In this document: positions 34,360 to 39,907 of the stretch, piece after piece
Numbering within the stretch: position 1 is the stretch's first letter
How the letters are laid out: every line of letters starts with the position of its first letter
NCBI GenBank assembly: GCA_032718475.1
Contig: JAUCBJ010002238.1
Coordinates: forward strand, 1 to 39,907
DNA: 39,907 bases
Direction: 5' to 3'
Source: Nemertoderma westbladi
Taxonomy: Eukaryota; Animalia; Xenacoelomorpha
Notes under the pieces: model-generated
Databases searched by the model: none
Told to the model about the DNA's origin: nothing
What the model saw: the letters and a program-made list of their open reading frames with translations, nothing else
Program-made: the position numbers and the translations under genes

Positions 34360-37300
34360 GTTTGATGTGAGGGGAACCTTAACTGATCGCAGTGCATTTG
34401 ATTTTGAGTTTTCGAGTTATTCAGAACCTGTCCGACTTAGTAATGAAGAGCAACATATTGAGGATCTTTGCAATGAAGAGCGCTATATGGCTTTATACAA
34501 AGATATGGTGGAAGAAGGTCACAAAGAAGAGGAGGAGCATAAACGGCTGTTTGAGGAATTGGGGGAAGGATATAAAGCAGTACCTTTTAACTACGAGAGA
34601 ATTTCATCCAATGCTGGTATCTCATCTGATGAAACACATCCTTCGAAGCTTAAACGATTTCGAGTTACAATGGAAGGCCCATTTATTGCTCCACCTGAGC
34701 TAAAGCTTCCACCTCGTCTAGAGGCACCTCCTACTTGTAAATTGGCATCCATTATTGATAAAACTGCTAATTTTGTGTGTTCGCAGGGGATTCAAATGGA
34801 GGTTCTTTTAAAATCAAAACAAGCAAATAATCCACAATTTGACTTTCTTAAATTTGATCATTATTTAAATCCATATTACAAACATGTAGCGCGTATGATA
34901 TTGTCGGGTCAGTACACAGCTAGGGAACATCAGCCAAGTCTAGTGGAGCATTCATCAAATGTGGATTCTGAAAGTGACAGTGATGATGAGGAATACCTAC
35001 ATCCGCTTCTTATTTCACAAAGATCATCTGCAATAAAGACCAGAAGTAATAGGCCTACCGGTAGTGCTTCATGTGATTCTCAATCACTGATAACACCTGG
35101 TGGCAGTGGCAGTGTTCCCATCCCATGTGTATCTACTGGCGTACCTTCTACATCCATTATATCTGAATCCACTGTACCATTAATTCCTGAAACATCTGTT
35201 CCTAATGATAAATGCACTACTGGTACTACCGTTACCACTAAATTAAATAAAGTTGAGAAACCTCGGGCTATAGTAGGTCCAGTTCGTCAAGCAACAGAAG
35301 ATAACGAGGGGCACATTGCTGCTATGTCTAGAATACATTCTCCTAATATTTCAATTAGGCCTACCACTAGTGACAGGACTGAGACTGAACCTCATAATTC
35401 ATCGAATTCCCATTCTACACGCCCTTCACTAGGACGGACGCCACCACAACCTGTAATTTCATCCCAAGAGTTCGCAAATTTTCAAAAGGATATGTACATG
35501 GCATTTGCTGCTCACCAGTATTTCAAGATGTGGGATAAACTTAGAGCCGATGATCATGAAGCCAACACTGCCTCGGATATAAACCAAGGTAACAATGATG
35601 ATAACAGTGCCAGAACCATTATTACTAACCAGTCAACATCGAATACTTATCAGTCTAGTATTGGTCAAAGTGAAAATATGGTATATTCTGATGACTTATA
35701 TATCCAACGTGAGCAAGATATTACTGAAATGGATTATTCTGGAACTCAAGAATATACCAGTAATCCTGACACATCATATACAGATAAGCATGATTGTAAC
35801 CTGTATGGTAAAAATGTGGTGAATATATTAGTTCAAAAGCCCCCACCGCCACCTCCTGAGTCAGTGAGCTGTCGCTTAATACAGCAACTTCCAAATCATC
35901 TTAAACCAGTAGTCTACAAGATGGCTGAAGGTGTTGTTGCATGGGGTGCCCAGTTTGAAGAGGCACAAATACGGAAAAATGACCCTGATTACATGTTCCT
36001 TGACCCTGGTCACGTTTTTCATGCTCACTATGAAGCTGTTAAGGAATTTCTTCGAAAGCAAGAAAAAGAAGATGGCGATTTGTACGATATTACTGATGCT
36101 TATAGCAATCAATTGGATATTCAAGATACGTCTCCAAAACCTGTGAGTTTCACTTTGAAACTGAAAGATATGGAAGATGTAAGTTTGGAGAATAAAAACA
36201 TATTTCCTGTTGATGATGACAGTGATGAACATGATTACCTTGATGAGTCAGAAGTTGGTGTTTCTGGTAGAGGTCGGGTTAGCTATGTCCCCCGTGGACT
36301 CACAAAGGTTGCAAATACTTCCAATACTCTCACACCTAGTGTGAATCCTTCTAATGTCAAGTCACATTTCGAAAACACTCATGCCTCAGAAGTGATACCA
36401 TTTTTACGAACTATAGGGCCTACTAAACAACCAAGTAAACGACAAAAAAAATCTATGAAAGAAGCTGCCGATTCATTGCTTTCTACTCCCCATACAAATA
36501 TATCGAAACGTTGGCCTTCTGTTCCATCAGATATTCCTGTATCTACTAATGAAGCCAGTGAAATAGTTTCATTTAGTAATCTGAAAGATTCCAAGCCACA
36601 ACCATGCAGTGATAATATCGATATTGAAACAGAGTTAGGGCTTGATTCTCTTTCAAAAAGTCAAGATGCTACTGTAAGGGTTGAGAGAAAGAAAAAAGTT
36701 TCTGAGTTTCTAAAATTGATGAAGGAGGATTCGAAGGCTAACAAAAATGTTAGTGTTTGTCCATTGCTGGTTGATTTGAAGGTCCCATATGCAGAACCAG
36801 AACAAGGAGCCGAACTGAGTGAAAAAATCCCAGGTTTAGCATCAGATAGTGATGATAATGATTGTGCAGAATTACCTCCGCCCCCACCTGATGTTGACGA
36901 TGAATTGAATGTTTCGAATAATAAAAATGCATATAATCGTCGGTGGATTCAGTGGTGGAATTACTTCTATGGGCCAAATAAAAAGTCATCTAATGTTGAT
37001 CCAGAAAAAAGACGCCGCCAATTTGTTTGGTTTAAAGATTACTTTTATTCAGGAAAGACACTGGATTCCCATTGCCAACCTGTGCCAACTGTCAGTTCAT
37101 TTATGACAGATAATACTCAAACTAATATTGAACCTATCACAGATAACTCCCAAACTGTTGTTAGTCCTCAATGTTTGGAATCCGAAGCAAAAGTGGCAAA
37201 GTCCAGGCCAATTCGTGGGACATCTGATAACTGCAATATGGTTTCCCTTGATAAATTGGAATTGGTAAAGTCTAATGCATTAAAGCGTAAACTGCGCATT

Positions 37301-39754
37301 TTAAAGGCAGAGGTTGGCAAAGGAGATGGTTTAGAAGCTTTCAGAGTCAGTCACAATAAAGAAGATGTTGAAATCCCTAGTCCTAGTGATAATCATGATG
37401 TTACCCCAAAGCGAATTGGACAGAATGTATATAAAAATTTCAGTGGGCCATCTGATGCGATATCTAGTGTACTGCTAGTCCCTAAAGACAATATAATCAG
37501 TATGTCAGATGGTAATTCCATTACTGGGCATATAAATAGGAATTGTGTCGTTCAGTCAGCCGAGAGCAAAGAAATAACAACATCTGAACTGAATCCTGAA
37601 GCATATGATTCATCTGATAGTGTATATAATGACCAATTAGCAATGCCACCTGTTTATAATGACAGTACAGCAAAACAACAACAAACTCTAGTTGGGAAAA
37701 CATACAATAAAAAGCTGCTTGACATTAATAATAAGCCAGAGAATGATGGAAAGAGTGAGGAGGAGATGATAGAATCTGACAATGTACAACAGCTGTTAAT
37801 GTGTCTAAATAAATCTGATACCAATGCAGATAACACAGGGAATTCCACAGGTCGTCGTCATAAACATGTGGCTGATAATAAATTGGGTTCGAATAATTCA
37901 GCTGAGAAACTGGAGTGTCAAAGCCCTTCTCATTCGAAAATTAAATGTGATTCTCACTCAAATAGCATTGCGAATCGTTGCTATTTGTCTTTGGATGATG
38001 ACAATGACTCTATAAAGAGAATGTTACTGGAGGCTAAAAAACACAGATGTAGTCCAACCTTAAGTAGTATTAAACATTCATGTGACGCAATGTCAAGTGA
38101 TAAAGATTCATGTGAATCAAATACACGCTCACGAGACAAACATGATTCTCATTCACATGGAACTTCCAAATCACAATTATGTGACACTTACCATACATGC
38201 TCACTTATCACAGAAAGCTCCCAGACACATGACTCTCAAAATTCGCGATTATGTGATATACATCCACACTCATGTGGCACTCACCATTCACATGACGGAC
38301 ACCATTCTCACTCATACGACTCACATTCACAAGACACACATCACTCACACTCTAGTAAACGCCTCCCGAGTTCAGAAGACAATGAAACTTACCAAAGACC
38401 AACACCACATCATCGGAAGAAACGCCACAATCGTAGCTCTAAAGGTTCTCCAAATTCGCCTAGCCGAATTCGGGTTGAACGGCCTGGAAACAATAAACGT
38501 TCTCGTATGACTTCTATAAGTAGTGCTGACAACTTTGAGTCAATATATAATAAAGGAAAAAGGTCAAAGTCTTCCTCTCTTTCGTCTCATAAAAAACATA
38601 ATCGACACTATTCAGAGGGCAAGAGATCAAGGGACAGGCATGGGAATTTAGATGAATCTTTTGAAAATGATACAATGGCCATTCCTGCAGTAGTACAAAA
38701 GGATATACGGCTATCATTATCACCTCCTGTATCTTTATCAAAACCTAGTCACAGTAGTAATAAGAATCATAAGTCTAAATCCAAACATTCAAAACGAAAA
38801 AGTCGAGGTCGTTCAGAAAGTCACTCATCTTGTTATGAAAACGTATCATCGAAAGGCGGTACTGAAGGAAAATTAAAGACTTCAACGTCCTCTGTTGTTA
38901 TTCAACAAGGTAAAGTAAAGAGAAGACAATATGACTCTTTATCTTCCAGTTATAGGGCCTCATCTCCAGACAGTGAAAACTCAAAACGGCGATCAAGTTA
39001 CAAAGTAAAACGAAGTAAAAAGAGTAAGCGAAAACATGCAAAAGTAAAGAAACACAAAATGAGTTATAAGAAAAAGAAGAAAAGGCAAAAGGATATGATT
39101 TCAGATTATAGTGATACTGATTCCTCTTCTAAATATATCAAATCCAAGGCAAAAAAACGTAAAATTTTGAGTACTTCAAGGGGGGATTCAGACGATTTCA
39201 ATATATCACTGGAGTCAGTTTCGCAACATAAAGATAATAAATCCAAATTAAAATCCAACAAGGAAACATCTACACAAATACAAAGCCGATCAATAGAAAG
39301 TTCAACTGATACTGATACAGACGATATGTGTCGCAAATATGATCTTACCAAACCCCACATAGTCCCTAAGGCTACAACAACCCAACCACACGGCCCGCAA
39401 CTCAGATCGCAAAACAGCGATAATTTTCCCAACAATGTTGATTCTTTTAGTGATGATGATACTTCCGACCAAATTACAGAATATGCAAACTCAGATAGCA
39501 AACCTGATCAAAACAGTAGGAAAGAAGAACCACAGTCCTTCCGTGAGAAAATCAGTATTATGTTCGAGATGGCGAGACGATTGGAACATAAACCCATAAA
39601 CCCGGATACTGTTGATATTGCGATCGCTGGTCCATCCCAATCGCTGCAGGTTGATATTCCTAGTGCTGAGAGTCTAATTAGTACAGACTTCAGGGAAAAG
39701 GTGCGGGCCATGCTCAGCGAACTAAATAAAAAGGCTGAACTTAGTGACACATAG
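34360..39754 (+). CDS. SFSWAP: SFSWAP coding exon 2 (rest of DRY_EERY, two SURP domains, long low-complexity region, His-rich and Lys/Arg/Ser-rich tail); spliced protein about 1841 aa
   Basis: Polypyrimidine acceptor TTTTTCAG|G gives R-FDVRG. CNEERY, SURP1 IIDKTANFV...FDFLKFDHYLNPYYKH and SURP2 VVYKMAEGV...YMFLDPGHVFHAHY are present. Confidence 0.92.
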
Positions 39755-39907
39755 TTTTGATATCGGAGTGACTTGGTATTGGTACTAATGGTAATGGTAC
39801 TAATTAGACTGATTAATGTCTGTATAGTGAATTGTTATATTTTTATTCTTATCGTTTTGAAGTAAATATATAGGTCTCCATGAAATAATGGTCAATTATA
39901 TCGCCAT

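Noticed and set aside
34367-34369. ORF-track start for SFSWAP
   Set aside because: It is an internal GTG; the real start is the ATG at 31959 in exon 1.

Overview
Eukaryotic, AT-rich, repeat-rich window from what looks like an intron-poor invertebrate animal; the species cannot be determined from the sequence. It holds three conserved genes: an intronless HELQ helicase (minus), an intronless PPIL6-like cyclophilin (minus), and an SFSWAP/suppressor-of-white-apricot splicing factor (plus). The SFSWAP gene has a short first coding exon missed by the ORF track (31959-32089), one 2270-bp intron and a 5.4-kb second exon. Two candidate novel genes stand out. The first is a 27-bp minisatellite (about 39 units) whose substitutions are all synonymous in the frame (YYRNWSNYT)n and which runs into a GPI-anchor-like C-terminus. 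The second is a 71-aa secreted peptide with eclosion-hormone-like cysteine spacing. The rest is mobile DNA and simple repeats: RTE-like LINE copies (one with a twin-priming-like inversion), an internally deleted P/THAP transposon with 61-bp TIRs and an 8-bp TSD, an older P relic, MITEs, Helitron/Helentron-like fragments and a CR1/L2 fragment. Islands of short palindromes and micro-duplications (TAGGCCTA, CAGTACTG, ACCGGT) cluster at gene 5' ends. All family calls come from motif recognition by eye; no database search was run.
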